In this document: positions 30,591 through 42,290 of the stretch, piece by piece
How the letters are laid out: each line of letters opens with the position of its first letter
Numbering within the stretch: position 1 is the stretch's first letter
Assembly: GCA_963831665.1 (NCBI GenBank)
Contig: CAWHRG010000009.1
Coordinates: 25,534-89,533, forward strand
DNA: 64,000 bases
Direction of reading: 5' to 3'
From: an uncultured Acidobacteriaceae bacterium
GTDB taxonomy: Bacteria > Acidobacteriota > Terriglobia > Terriglobales > Acidobacteriaceae
Made by a program: the position numbers and the translations under genes
The notes under the pieces: model-generated
What the model was told of the DNA's origin: nothing
The model's input: the letters and a program-made list of their open reading frames with translations, nothing else
The model's database searches: none

Positions 30591-31917
30591 TCAGATAAGC
30601 GGTTGTTCTGCCACGGTTGCCACAGGAGCCGCTGGTGTGGAGAAGAAAAAGCGTCGAATGGGATCGCCGCACAGCACAGCCGCAAGGCCCAGCAGTGCAG
30701 GCAAAGGATCATGCATCAGGATTAGAAAATTGATCACAGCGCAGCCAAGCAAAAAGAGCAGGGGAGCGGCAGGATACCACCAGCGTCGCACCGGCTCCTT
30801 CAGCCGGAACAACGAGGCAGCCGATAGCGCAAGAAAACAAATAGCCGAAAAGATGATGAAGGACAGGATGCGATCGAACGCCCCGAAGCAAAGCACCAGC
30901 AGCGCAAGCCCAGTCTGCAGCAGCACCGCGTTTGCAGGCGTTCCGAAGCGAGGATGCAGTCGTCCGAACGCCGAAAAGAAGGCGCCGTCCTTCGCCATCG
31001 CATAGTAGACACGCGGCGCCGCCATAGTTAGCGCCATCAGCCCGCCTAGCACCGAAAGCAGAACACATGCAGAGAGAACCTTGCCTCCGATACTGCCAAA
31101 AAGCGCTTCACCAAACTGAGCGACAAAGGCAGTGTTCGATACGATGTGTTCCAGCGGAACAACCGATAGAAACGCAAAGCTCACGAGCAGATAAACCAGC
31201 GTGACCAGCAAGACTCCGCAAGTAAAAGCGAGCGGGAGGTTTCTTCGCGGATTGCGGACTTCGCCAGCAATCTTGCCCGCCTCCCACCAGCCTCCGAAGC
31301 TGAAGAAAGCGTTCACTGTAGCGCCTGCAATCGCTATAAAGATGGGCTCGAACCCGCCCCGCCGCTGCGGTTAGAGGCATCAGGTTGGCAACGGTGGCGT
31401 GTCCCGAAGTTGCCGTCCACACGACCAGCCCAAACAGCACCCCAATCTTCAGAAGGTTCGCCACTGTCATCACTCGCCGGCTGAGTCGTGTGCCGACATA
31501 GTTCAGCATCGCCAGCCCCAGCAGAATAAGCGCAGGAATCCACAACCGAACCCCAGGCGAAATTCCAAACAGAGAAAGAACGTAGGGTGTAGCGCCCATG
31601 GCCAGCGCCGCTGCAAGTCCGGGATCCATCACGGCCGCCGACATCCATCCATAAAGAAAAGCCACGCGGCTGCCATAACCCTCACGCAGATACACATACT
31701 CGCCACCCGCACGTGGAAACCGTACCGCAAGCTCCGAGTAGCAGAGCGCGCCGCACATCGCGATCAGCCCCATCCCGCACCACACCGCCGCAAGCAGTAA
31801 TGGCGAACCCAGAGACTTCGCCATCGCCGCGGGCGTAAGAAAGATGCCCAGCGCGATAGACTCACCCGTAACGACGGCGATCGTAGCCGCCAAGCCCAGC
31901 TGTCTGCTTTGTTCCAT
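30591..31917 (-). CDS. APC-family amino acid permease, +1 frameshift near 31370
   Basis: GIFLTPA, CYSELAVRFPRAGGEYVYL, FSFGGW, PRVYYAMAKDG, HPRFGTP. Confidence 0.88.
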
Positions 31918-32058
31918 TGAGCCAACATCCTACGCGGAGCCACTCACCACCAGCATCCATCAAAAGGTTGAGAGGCCGCAAAAGTTTAGAATGCAGAAGT
32001 ATCCACTACCTCGCAGGATCGACATTAGTCTGCTGCATTAACAGGAAAGGCATTCCCC

Positions 32059-33093
32059 GTGAAGGCACTTGTAAAAAGCCGTGACGAACGCGGCCTCTGG
32101 CTTCAGGATGTACCCGAGCCCGAGATGGGCATCAACGACGTCAAGATCCGCGTCCTCTACACCGGCATCTGCGGAACCGACCTCCATATCTACGATTGGG
32201 ATGCCTGGGCCAAATCCACTATCCGCCAGGGCCTCGTCATCGGCCACGAGTTCGTCGGCGAAGTCGTAGCCGTCGGCTCCAACGTCACCGATCTCCCCAT
32301 CGGCCAGCTCGTCAGCGGCGAAGGCCACGTCGTCTGCGGACGTTGCCGCAACTGCCTCGCAGGCCGTCGCCATCTCTGCGCTTACACCCTCGGAGTCGGT
32401 GTCAACCGCGACGGGGCCTTCGCCGAGTATGTCGTCATCCCCATGTCCAATATCTGGAGCCACTCGCCCGGCATCTCCCTCGAGATCGCCGCCATCTTCG
32501 ACCCCCTCGGCAACGCCGTCCATACTGCACTCGCCTTTCCAGTTCTTGGCGAAGATGTCCTCGTCACTGGTGCGGGTCCTATCGGCATCATGGCCGCGGC
32601 GGTCGCTCGTCACGCCGGCGCGCGTTACGTCGTCATCTCCGATCCCAACCAGTACCGTCGCGATCTGGCCACCAAAGTCGGCGTCACTCTCGCCGTCGAT
32701 CCGCGAGCCACACCGCTCAAAGAGATTCAGCAGCAACTTCACATGCACGAGGGCTTTGACGTCGGCCTCGAGATGTCTGGCAACCCCAACGCATTCCGCG
32801 AGATGCTCTCCAACATGAGCCACGGCGCAAAGATCGCCATGCTCGGCATCCCATCGGAGGATATCTCCATCAACTGGAATCAGGTCGTCTTCAACCAGCT
32901 CACCATCCGCGGCATCTACGGCCGTGAGATGTACGAGACCTGGTACAAGATGACCGTCATGCTCCAGAGCGGTCTCGACATCTCCAGCGTAATCACTCAT
33001 CGCCTCAACTGGCGCGATTACGAGCAAGGCTTCGATGCAATGCGCTCCGGCAACTCGGGCAAAGTCATCCTCGACTGGCGCGACGCCAGCTAA
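32059..33093 (+). CDS. tdh: L-threonine 3-dehydrogenase
   Basis: [39 protein letters not shown]. Confidence 0.93.
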   Translation: MKALVKSRDERGLWLQDVPEPEMGINDVKIRVLYTGICGTDLHIYDWDAWAKSTIRQGLVIGHEFVGEVVAVGSNVTDLPIGQLVSGEGHVVCGRCRNCLAGRRHLCAYTLGVGVNRDGAFAEYVVIPMSNIWSHSPGISLEIAAIFDPLGNAVHTALAFPVLGEDVLVTGAGPIGIMAAAVARHAGARYVVISDPNQYRRDLATKVGVTLAVDPRATPLKEIQQQLHMHEGFDVGLEMSGNPNAFREMLSNMSHGAKIAMLGIPSEDISINWNQVVFNQLTIRGIYGREMYETWYKMTVMLQSGLDISSVITHRLNWRDYEQGFDAMRSGNSGKVILDWRDAS

Positions 33094-33151
33094 AACTAGC
33101 CCAATTACTTCTGCCTGCCACTGTCGTCATTGACAGCGGCAGGCAGAGTGA

Positions 33152-35039
33152 TCAATGCCCGTCAAATAGCGGCATCACAAACCGTTTATTCGGACTCGAA
33201 TCGAGTCGTTGAACATTTCCATTCGTCGTCTGCATCACCTGCACCGAGTACCCGCAACTGGCGCAGTACACCGATTCGGAATAGATATAAGAAGTCCTCG
33301 CCCCCGTTGACACAAAAGCGGTCGCGTCAGTTGGCATCAGTTGCGAAGGGTAGATGAGGTTGCCCAGTAGTTCGGTTTGGCCTCCGTTTGTCGTATTAAT
33401 CACGACGCCCGACTTTTCCGTCTTCAGGCCAAGCACCCACAGGTTACCCGGCGTTCGTAATCTTTGTGCCTGTATATTCGTCGTCCAGTTGCCGAGCCCA
33501 TACCGATTGCCCCGCATGAAATGCAATCGGGCCCGTCACAACATCTTCAAGAAACAGATTCCCCGCACCTGGATAACTCAAATAGCTGAAGCTGCCGTCC
33601 TTGATGACAACGGGCCTCGTGCCATGATGCTCCACCTTCACTCCATAGCCGAACTGCTCGATAATCAACGGCTCCGTGCTGTTGCCGTTGACCACAAAAC
33701 GAATTCCGCCGCCATTGGTCCCTGCCGTACTGCCATTCACAACCGAAGAGAAGCCCACAATCCGTCGCACCGTATCCGGCACAGTAACGGCGGCCTCATT
33801 GAATGACAAATAAGCGCCGAAAGGGAAGTAGACAGTCGAGGCACTCCCATTGAACAGAGCCTGCAGCCCCTTCGTGTCCCCGTAGTAGTTCGGTACGAAC
33901 GCCGCCCAGTGAGCAAGCTTCGAATCCTGAAACGACGGAGTCTCCTCGACGGGAAGATCGAGACTCGCCGCTTCCGCTGTGCCGTTCAAAGTCACCGCCG
34001 GCCCACTGACATATTCACCAATCGTGCCTATAGTATCTTTCGCCGCAGCCGTGCTCGTATCATGCACTGTCGCGCCATACCCGGTAACTGAAACACCTTT
34101 AAGGTAGACATTACTATTCGTCTGAATAGCCTGTGTCGTCTTCGATCCACTCATCAGCCTGGCTCCGATCAGGATTGCGAAGCCGCCATTATTGACGAGC
34201 GCAGGAACGGCATTCGTGCTCTTTAGCCCACGAATGCTGATCGTCTGCTGAACATTATTGATGCCCGCAACCGTCTGGTCCTCGAGCGTAAGACTTTCAA
34301 TCGTCGCGCCGTATTCATAGGCCGCCGTACTGATACCGAACTGAAAACCATGGATGAAAACATTCTTGATCATCAGAGGGCCGGGATAGTGTCGCGTTAG
34401 CGCAATTCCGGCGCTCCCTTGCCCATTCTCACTCACAATCGAAACATCGTGAATGGAACCGTTATTGTTGGAGACGTAATCGATCGCCACCGCCCCCGGA
34501 TTACCCGCTCCGATGCTGAAGCCCAGGTCCCAGATATTTTGCCGAAACGACGAGTTGCCGCCAGGTGTCGAAAGCACAGCCTTCGCCGTTGTCGCCGACC
34601 CATACCCCACCGACGAGGGCGCCAGCCGAATCACGCTCGCATTGGGCCCGGCACCCTGCAATGTCACACAGCATCCGTTCCACTCAAGGGTCTTTCGTAC
34701 AAGATAAGTACCCGGAGGAAAATAGAGTCCCTTCGGAACGCCGTTGTATTCGGCTGAGGCATTGCTCCTGCCGTCAGCCAGAGCCGCCTGAATCGCCGCG
34801 GTATCATCCGTGATCCCATTCCCCACAGCGCCATAATCCTTTACCGAGGTCATAAACCCAGCAGGAAACTGCAGCGTTCCCGCAGACAACACCGCGCCCA
34901 TCGGCGTGGTTGGACAGGCCGAACGAACGTCTGAGACCGCCCAAACAAGGTTAGGACCATACTTAGCATACCATCCGATATCGTCGACCAGTCCCTCGAC
35001 CGAAAAGGTTGAAGATTCATGATTATAGAGAGCCTCCAT
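33152..35039 (-). CDS. Pectate-lyase-superfamily / GH55-like beta-helix glycoside hydrolase, +1 frameshift at 33447-33449
   Basis: SVKDYGAVGNGITDDTAAIQAAL, LYFPPGTY, second VYFPFGAY; continues GNLWVLGLKTE after the frameshift. Confidence 0.8.
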
Positions 35040-35248
35040 GTTACTTAATGATTACTTAGGAAATTTATAACATGTTACTAAAGTTGTATAACGCTGGCGG
35101 GTGTGAAACAGTGATTCCTCGATGAATTTCACGATTGTCACGAAGAACTGACCTCACGTATGCTGGCCTGACTTTTTCAGAGTGAAATTCCACGTCGTTA
35201 CACACGACTGCAAGAAAACCTCGTTGCATAAACATTCATGGGAGCAAA

Positions 35249-38227
35249 ATGAAACCGTTATCACGCCGCGATGTGTTGAAGAGCAGCCTGCTTGTGCCCG
35301 CCGCCGCAGCTGCCCACGGAATGGGTCCGATTGGCGCCGTCTTTCAGAGTGAGCAGGAGGAAACTGGTCACCTACCCATAAGCGCAACGAACAAATCTCC
35401 AAACCCAGGCGCCGGACGCGATCGTCAACTGCTGGATTTCGGTTGGCGCTTCCACTTTGGAGACGCCAATGATCCGGCCAAGGACTTCGGATTCGGAAGC
35501 GGAAGGACCGGCAACTTCCAGAAGACGGGAAACTTCATTCCTGCGGGCTCGCTTGCGTTCGATGATGCCGACTGGCGCGACGTGAATCTGCCCCACGATT
35601 GGGCCGTCGAACTGCCATTCCAAAACGACCCCGCGCTTTCCAGCAAAGGCTACTACCCATTGGGACGCACCTATCCATCCACAAGCGTCGGATGGTATCG
35701 CCGCGTCTTCGAGCTTCCTGCCGCAGATGCAGGCAAACGGATCACCATCGAATTCGATGGCGCATACCGGGAGGCGATGGTGGTCTTCAACGGCTTTTAC
35801 GTCGGACGCCATAGCGGAGGATACGATCCATTCAGCTTCGACGTCACCGACTTTGCGACTCCGGGTGGAAGGAACGTCCTTCTGGTTCGTGTGGACGCCA
35901 CCTCAAGCGACGGCTGGTTCTACGAAGGAGCCGGAATCTACCGGCACGTCTGGCTTGTGAAGACGCATCCGGTTCATGTCAAACAATGGGGCACCTTTGT
36001 GCCTGCTCAGGTACGGCCCGGCGAAGCTGCTCTTTCCATCCGCACTGAGGTCAACAACGACGGCAAAGGTGCGCAGAACGCGCGCGTCATCTCCACAATT
36101 CTCGATCCCTCCGGCAAAGTAGTGGGCAAGTCGGCTGCAACCGCGGCAGCCATTCCCGAAGGGGGAGAGCAAACTTACAAGCAGCAGATCGTGGTCAAGC
36201 AGCCTCGCCTATGGTCTCTGGAAGAGAGAAATCTCTACAAGTTGCTGACAGAGGTCGAAGCGGGCGGCCAGATCGTCGATCGCTACGAGACGCCGTTTGG
36301 CATTCGCACGGTGAAATTCGATCCCGAGAAGGGTCTGTTCCTCAATGGAAAGCCCGTCAAGGTAAAGGGAACCTGCAATCATCAGGACCACGCCGGCGTG
36401 GGCGTAGCAGTGCCCGACGCCGTGCAGTACTACCGCATCCGCAAACTGCAGGAGATGGGCTGTAACTCCCTGCGCACATCGCATAATCCTCCAACGCCGG
36501 AGTTGCTCGACGCCTGCGACGAGCTGGGAATGTTGGTCTTCGATGAGACTCGCATGATGTCATCCAACCCTGAAGGCCTGAGCCAGTTCGAAAATCTAAT
36601 ACGGCGCGACCGCAATCGTCCCAGCGTCTTCATGTGGTCCATGGGAAATGAAGAAGGCCAGGCCAACATCGAGAGGGGAGTGGCGATTCTTACCGCTATG
36701 AAAGCGGTCGCGACAGAGCACGATGGTTCGCGACCGGTATCCATTGCACCCACTGGTGCAATCGGAGTCGGTGGCCTCACCGTCTGCGATGTCATGGGCT
36801 ACAACTACATGGACCCGGGCGCCGAGGCGTATCACAAATCCCACCCAGAGCATCCTGTCATCGGCACGGAGACCGTAAGCGCCGTTGGCACACGCGGCAT
36901 ATACATCACCGACCCCGCAAAAGGCTATGTGGGTTCGTACGATCCCTACACCACCACAGGCCGCGCTTCGGCCGAAGGCTGGTGGAGCTTCTGCAACTCG
37001 CGTCCGTGGCTCTCGGGAGGCTTCGTCTGGACAGGCTTCGACTACCGTGGCGAACCCTCGCCGAACGAGTGGCCCAACATCAGCTCCCAATACGGCATCA
37101 TCGATACCTGCGGTTTTCCCAAAGACACCTTCTTCTACTACAAATCCTGGTGGACCCCCCAGCCGGTTCTTCACGTCTTCCCGCATTGGAATTGGCCGGG
37201 CATGGAAGGAAAAGAGATTGCCGTCTGGGTTTATTCCAACCTCGATAAGGTGGAGTTATTCCACAACGGCAAGAGCCTGGGCGCGAAGGACATGAAGAAG
37301 GATTCGCACCTGGCGTGGATAGTCAAATATGCGCCCGGCACCATCGAGGCCCGCGGTTTCAAACAGGACAAGCCTGTCCTGACAGCAAAGCGAGAGACCA
37401 CAGGCCCTGCCGCAAAGCTTGTAATGAATGCAGATCGACGGGAGGTCTCCGCCGACGGAGAAGACGTGGCCATGTTCGCCGTCGAAGTCCAGGATGCGCA
37501 GGGCCGCGTCGTGCCTGTCACCGATAACGCAGTAACGTTCCGAGTCTCCGGCAACGGAAGGCTCATCGGTGTCGGTAATGGCGACCCCACCAATCAGGAA
37601 TCCGACAAAGGAACATCGCGAAAGGCCTTCGGCGGCCTTTGCATGGGCATCGTTCAATCAACAAAGACCGCAGGAGACATCACCGTTGAAGCGACAAGTC
37701 CCGATCTCGAACCGGCGAGCGTTACGATTGCCGCGAAAGGCGTGACGCTACGCCCCCAGGTGGCGATTTGGAAACGCGAGATACCGGTCGGCTCGGGCAT
37801 CACCGGTCTATGGAGGCCGGTACCGGGAGCAAGTGAAGGATCCGGCTTGGTCGCGCTTCTGTCAGGAGCAGGCACCACGGTATTCTCGTTGCAACAGAAC
37901 GGCGGCAACCTTACAGGAAGTGTGGAGGGCACTGGCATCAGCTTCTTTGGTGGCAACGACGCCCCCGCCCCAATCGCAGAAGGCAAAATAGACGGCAACA
38001 ACATCTCTTTCAAAGCTGGAAACAGCAGCTATTCCGGAACCCTTAAAGGGGATCAGATAGAACTCGAGCGATCGATGAATTTAGGCTTCCACATCCCAGA
38101 GCCAGCCAAAGAATCTGCCGACCGCCCGGCGATCGGACCGCCACCGGACGGATCAGATCCGTCCATCAATGCTTCATGGCGGCGACGCTCTGGCATTCCG
38201 GTCGTTTTACATCGGGTCCAGCAGTAA
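35249..38227 (+). CDS. GH2 beta-galactosidase (GalA-like), Tat signal
   Basis: SRRDVLK; LPHDWA, WFYEGAGIYRHVWL, RTSHNPP, WSMGNEE, WTGFDYRGEP. Confidence 0.92.
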   Translation: MKPLSRRDVLKSSLLVPAAAAAHGMGPIGAVFQSEQEETGHLPISATNKSPNPGAGRDRQLLDFGWRFHFGDANDPAKDFGFGSGRTGNFQKTGNFIPAGSLAFDDADWRDVNLPHDWAVELPFQNDPALSSKGYYPLGRTYPSTSVGWYRRVFELPAADAGKRITIEFDGAYREAMVVFNGFYVGRHSGGYDPFSFDVTDFATPGGRNVLLVRVDATSSDGWFYEGAGIYRHVWLVKTHPVHVKQWGTFVPAQVRPGEAALSIRTEVNNDGKGAQNARVISTILDPSGKVVGKSAATAAAIPEGGEQTYKQQIVVKQPRLWSLEERNLYKLLTEVEAGGQIVDRYETPFGIRTVKFDPEKGLFLNGKPVKVKGTCNHQDHAGVGVAVPDAVQYYRIRKLQEMGCNSLRTSHNPPTPELLDACDELGMLVFDETRMMSSNPEGLSQFENLIRRDRNRPSVFMWSMGNEEGQANIERGVAILTAMKAVATEHDGSRPVSIAPTGAIGVGGLTVCDVMGYNYMDPGAEAYHKSHPEHPVIGTETVSAVGTRGIYITDPAKGYVGSYDPYTTTGRASAEGWWSFCNSRPWLSGGFVWTGFDYRGEPSPNEWPNISSQYGIIDTCGFPKDTFFYYKSWWTPQPVLHVFPHWNWPGMEGKEIAVWVYSNLDKVELFHNGKSLGAKDMKKDSHLAWIVKYAPGTIEARGFKQDKPVLTAKRETTGPAAKLVMNADRREVSADGEDVAMFAVEVQDAQGRVVPVTDNAVTFRVSGNGRLIGVGNGDPTNQESDKGTSRKAFGGLCMGIVQSTKTAGDITVEATSPDLEPASVTIAAKGVTLRPQVAIWKREIPVGSGITGLWRPVPGASEGSGLVALLSGAGTTVFSLQQNGGNLTGSVEGTGISFFGGNDAPAPIAEGKIDGNNISFKAGNSSYSGTLKGDQIELERSMNLGFHIPEPAKESADRPAIGPPPDGSDPSINASWRRRSGIPVVLHRVQQ

Positions 38228-38289
38228 ACGCTCAAGTTCTACCTCGTCATCCTTATCGCATTGATTTACGTGGTCCCCTATATCTTAAA

Positions 38290-38340
38290 GTCGTCATCAT
38301 GAACGCAGTGAAGGATCCCTGTATTTCGTCGTTGCTCTTA
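38290..38340 (+). repeat. REP-like repeat, copy B
   Basis: GTCGTCATCATGAACGCAGTGAAGGATCCCTGTATTTCGTCGTTGC. Confidence 0.75.
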
Positions 38341-38425
38341 CGTTTCGAAAGCCCTTGCACACTTTTAGGTAGGGTGTGGGAGCACGCTATACTGCGGTCG
38401 ACGGTAGTAAAACACAGGAGAGTCC

Positions 38426-39181
38426 ATGCAGCATCGCATCCTCGGCACCACCATGCCCGTCCTTGAGTTCGCCCTCGACCACAACGACGCCATCATCTCC
38501 GAGGCAGGCGAACTCTCCTGGATGAGCCAGTCCATCCAGATGACCACCCACACCCAACACGCGGGCGGTGGCGGCATCTTCGGCGTCATCCGTCGCGTCG
38601 CAGGCGGCGGCTCTCTCTTCATGACCGAGTACCGCGCCTACGGAGCCCCCGGCGAAGTCGCCTTCGCCACCCGCGTCCCCGGCCACATCGTTCCTGTCGA
38701 GGTCGGTCCCGGTCACGAGTACCTCATCCACCGTCACGGCTTCCTCTGCGCCACCTCCGCCATCGAACTCGGCGTAGGCTTCCAGCAATCCCTCGGCGCC
38801 GGTGTCTTCGGCGGCGACGGCTTCCTCCTCCAGAAGGTTTCGGGGAATGGCATGGCATGGCTTGAGCTCTCAGGCGAAGTTATCGTCAAAGACCTCGCCC
38901 CAGGCGAACTCCTACGCGTCCACCCCGGCCACGTCGGAGCCTTCCAGTCCAGCGTCTCCTTTCAGATTCAGCGCGTCCCCGGCATCAAAAACATGATCTT
39001 CGGAGGCGACGGTGTCTTCCTCGCCGCCCTCACCGGCCCAGGCCGCGTGTGGCTCCAGACCCTGCCCATCTCACGCCTCGCTCATCAACTCCAGGAGTAC
39101 ATGCCATCTCAGCGCGGCGAGCAAGCTGTCGAAGGTGGAGTCGTTGGAGGCGTCCTCGGCTCTATCCTCAAAGGCATGTAA
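38426..39181 (+). CDS. TIGR00266 / AIM24-family protein
   Basis: SEAGELSWM, GGGSLFMTEY, FGGDGFLLQK, LTGPGRVWLQTLP. Confidence 0.9.
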   Translation: MQHRILGTTMPVLEFALDHNDAIISEAGELSWMSQSIQMTTHTQHAGGGGIFGVIRRVAGGGSLFMTEYRAYGAPGEVAFATRVPGHIVPVEVGPGHEYLIHRHGFLCATSAIELGVGFQQSLGAGVFGGDGFLLQKVSGNGMAWLELSGEVIVKDLAPGELLRVHPGHVGAFQSSVSFQIQRVPGIKNMIFGGDGVFLAALTGPGRVWLQTLPISRLAHQLQEYMPSQRGEQAVEGGVVGGVLGSILKGM

Positions 39182-39190
39182 TCACACAAA

Positions 39191-41837
39191 CTATTCCGAG
39201 CGAAGAGCCTCCACCGGATTCACCGAGGCCGCTCTTCGCGCCGGGAAATAACTCGCCAGCAACGCCGACACGCCAAGCAGCACCGCCACCGCCACCAGCG
39301 TAGGCATATCCCACGAGCGTATGCCGAACAGAAGCTTCCTCATCAAAGTAGCCGCAGCCACTGAGCAAACCAGTCCCGCAAATATACCCAACCCCGTCAG
39401 CCACCCAGCCTCTTTCAAAATCATCCGGTACACCGAACTCTTCTGCGCGCCCAGCGCCATCCTCACACCAATCTCACGAGTCCGTTGGCTCACCGAATAA
39501 GCAATCACTCCATAAAGCCCGACAACGCCGAGCAACAAAGCCATCGCTGCAAACCCACCCACCAGCCACGCCGATGAGCGATGCATATATGCCGTCTGCG
39601 AATCGTTGATTCGTTGATTCATCGTCGCCTGGGCAAAGACACCAATGCCGGGATCAATCTGATGAATCGCCGCCGTCAGCGTCGGCAGAATCGTCTTCTC
39701 ATCCTGCGACGTCCGCACCACCAGCGAGACGTACGTATCGGCGTTCTGATTGAGCGGATCATACTCCGCCGGCCATATCTCCGAGTCCAGCGATCCCTCC
39801 TTCACATCGTCCACAACGCCGATGATCTCCCGTAACGATTTAGGCGTCAGCTCCGTGTCTCCAAACTTCTTCCCCACAGGATCTTCTCCAGGAAAGTACA
39901 GCCTCGCCAGCGCCTTGTTGATCACGGTCACTCCCGGCTTCGACGCATCTTCTTCATCCGTGAAGAACCGCCCCTTCACCAATTTTGCCTGCAGCGTCTT
40001 GAAGTAATCCGAGCTGACCTCCCGTTGATTCACCTCGTTGTGCTCGCCGTTGTACGGCTTACCAACAAACCGTATCCAGTTCGTGTTGCCATTACCGCTC
40101 ACTGGCAACTGGGTGGAGATTCCTGCAGATCTCACGCCAGGCAAACTCGCAGCGCGACTTAAGATCTGTCTCTCAACCTCCACCACCTGCGGATCTTTGG
40201 GATAGGTAAGCTCCGGCAGCGAGATCTGCAGTGTGGCCAGATGATCAGGCTGGAACGCGAGCTCCACATGCAGCAGTCGATAGAAGCTCTTCCCCAACAG
40301 CCCGGCACCGACCAGAAGCACCACAGCAATGGTCAACTCCAGCACCACAAGATTCGCCCCAAAGCGCCGCCACAACGTCCCCGCGCTTCCACGCGCCCCA
40401 TCCGCCAGCCCTTCCCGCATCGCCGTTAAAAGGCACGCGCATAATCGGAGTCACCGCAAACAGCACCGCAGCAATCAGCGAGATCGCCCCGGTAAAGATC
40501 AGCATGTGCGCATTCAATCCAATCCCGCTTAGATAAGGCATGTACTCCAGCATGTCCTTCGAGATAAGCCTGCTGAGCAGCGTAATGCCGCCATAGGCAG
40601 CCGCTAGACCAAGCGCACTCCCACCCGCAATCAACACCACACCTTCCGTAACAAACTGCCGAACCAATCGAGCAGGCGAAGCCCCCAACGCGCCGCGAAC
40701 CGCAATCTCCCGTCGTCGACTCTCCGATCGCACCAGCAACAAACTTGCTACATTCACACACGCAATCAACAGCAATAGTCCAGCCCCGCCCAGCAACACC
40801 AGCAATAGCGGCCGAATATCCCCGACAATCTCCTCATAAAGTGGCATCACGCTGGCTCCCTGATCACGATTGGAGCCCGGATATTGAATCTCCAACTGTT
40901 TTGCAACGCCGGTCATGTCTGCCAGCGCCTCTTGTACCGTCACGCCATCCTTCAACCGCGCCACACCATAAAGATTGTGGCAACTCCGCCTTTTTTCACA
41001 GCTATTCAGCGTGTGAAGTGTCGCCCAAAACTCTGCCTTTCCTTTTGGCGCAAACTGAAAACTCGCGGGCAATACCCCAATGATCGTGTTCGGAATCCCA
41101 CTTAACTTAACCGTCTGCCCGATGACATCTTTTCTTCCACCGAACCGCTCCTGCCACGTGTCATAGCTCAAAATCACTGTCTCTGCAGCCCCTGGCTGAT
41201 CCTCGCCAGCATAGAAGTCGCGGCCCAGAACAGGCTTCACGCCCAGCACCCGAAAGAACCCATCGCTCACGCGTGCAGCCGGAACCGGCTCAGTTCCTGT
41301 GGGCGTATTCAGCAGATAGCCATTTCCCGTGTAGACCTCCATCGCGCTGAAGACCTTATTCATCTTCTTCCAGTCGACATAGTCTTGATACGAGAGATTC
41401 GATCGCGGAAACATCGCCGCCCGCTCATTTACATCCACTAGCCGATTCGGATCCCGATAGGGAAGCGGCTTGATCAGCGCAGCATCCACAAACGCAAAGA
41501 TCGCAACACTAGCGCCAATCCCCAGCGCAAGCATCAAGACTGCCGTAACCGTAAACCCCGGACTTCGCCGCAGTTGACGAATCGCAAAACGAAAATCCTG
41601 CCAAACCGTCTCCACACGAAACCCCACAATCTCATGGCTCTGTTCTTTCAGCCGAGCACCATTTCCAAACTCCCGCATCGCTGCACGATGCGCCGCCTCC
41701 GGACTCATACCTTCATCGCGCAACTCTTTCTCCTTCTCATCGCGATGAAAACTCATCTCCTCCTCCAACTCGCTATCGAACTTCTCGCGGCGAATCAGCA
41801 TCCCGAGCTTCTTGAAGAAACGAGTGACAGAGTCCAT
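39191..41837 (-). CDS. ADOP-type ABC transporter permease, +1 frameshift at 40428-40431
   Basis: ELEEEMSFH, QDFRFAIRQLRRSPGF, RTREIGVRMALGA, AASVNPVEALRSE. Confidence 0.9.
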
Positions 41838-41846
41838 GGCAACCTC

Positions 41847-42176
41847 CTAGGCATCCTGCATCACGCGGCCAATGGCCGCAATCATCTGGTCAAACTGCGA
41901 CTGCTCCACTCCCAACTGCTTCCGTCCGGCAGCCGTCAACGTGTAGTAACGTGCCCGCCGATTGGTCTCAGTCTTCTTCCACTCCGCCTTTACCCATCCC
42001 TGCAACAACAGCCGCTGCAGCGCCGGGTAAAGCGAGCCTTCTTCCACGGTCAACACATCTTCGGACACGCGCTTGATAGTGAGAGCGATTCCATAGCCAT
42101 GCTGCGGCGCCCGCGTCAGCGTCTTCAAAATCAGCATGTCCAGCGTTCCAGGCATCAAATCGGATTTCTTCGGCAT
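41847..42176 (-). CDS. PadR-family transcriptional regulator (acidobacterial type)
   Basis: PGTLDMLIL, HGYGIA, EEGSLYPALQRL, NRRARYY. Confidence 0.92.
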   Translation of the reverse strand: MPKKSDLMPGTLDMLILKTLTRAPQHGYGIALTIKRVSEDVLTVEEGSLYPALQRLLLQGWVKAEWKKTETNRRARYYTLTAAGRKQLGVEQSQFDQMIAAIGRVMQDA

Positions 42177-42290
42177 GTGTCGATGTATAGACCCTCTATG
42201 GATAGAACGTCAACGCCAAAGAGAAAGTTCCCTAAACCAAAAACTTATTGCGCCATAAGCACGACCCCACTTTCTATATCCTCAAAACCC

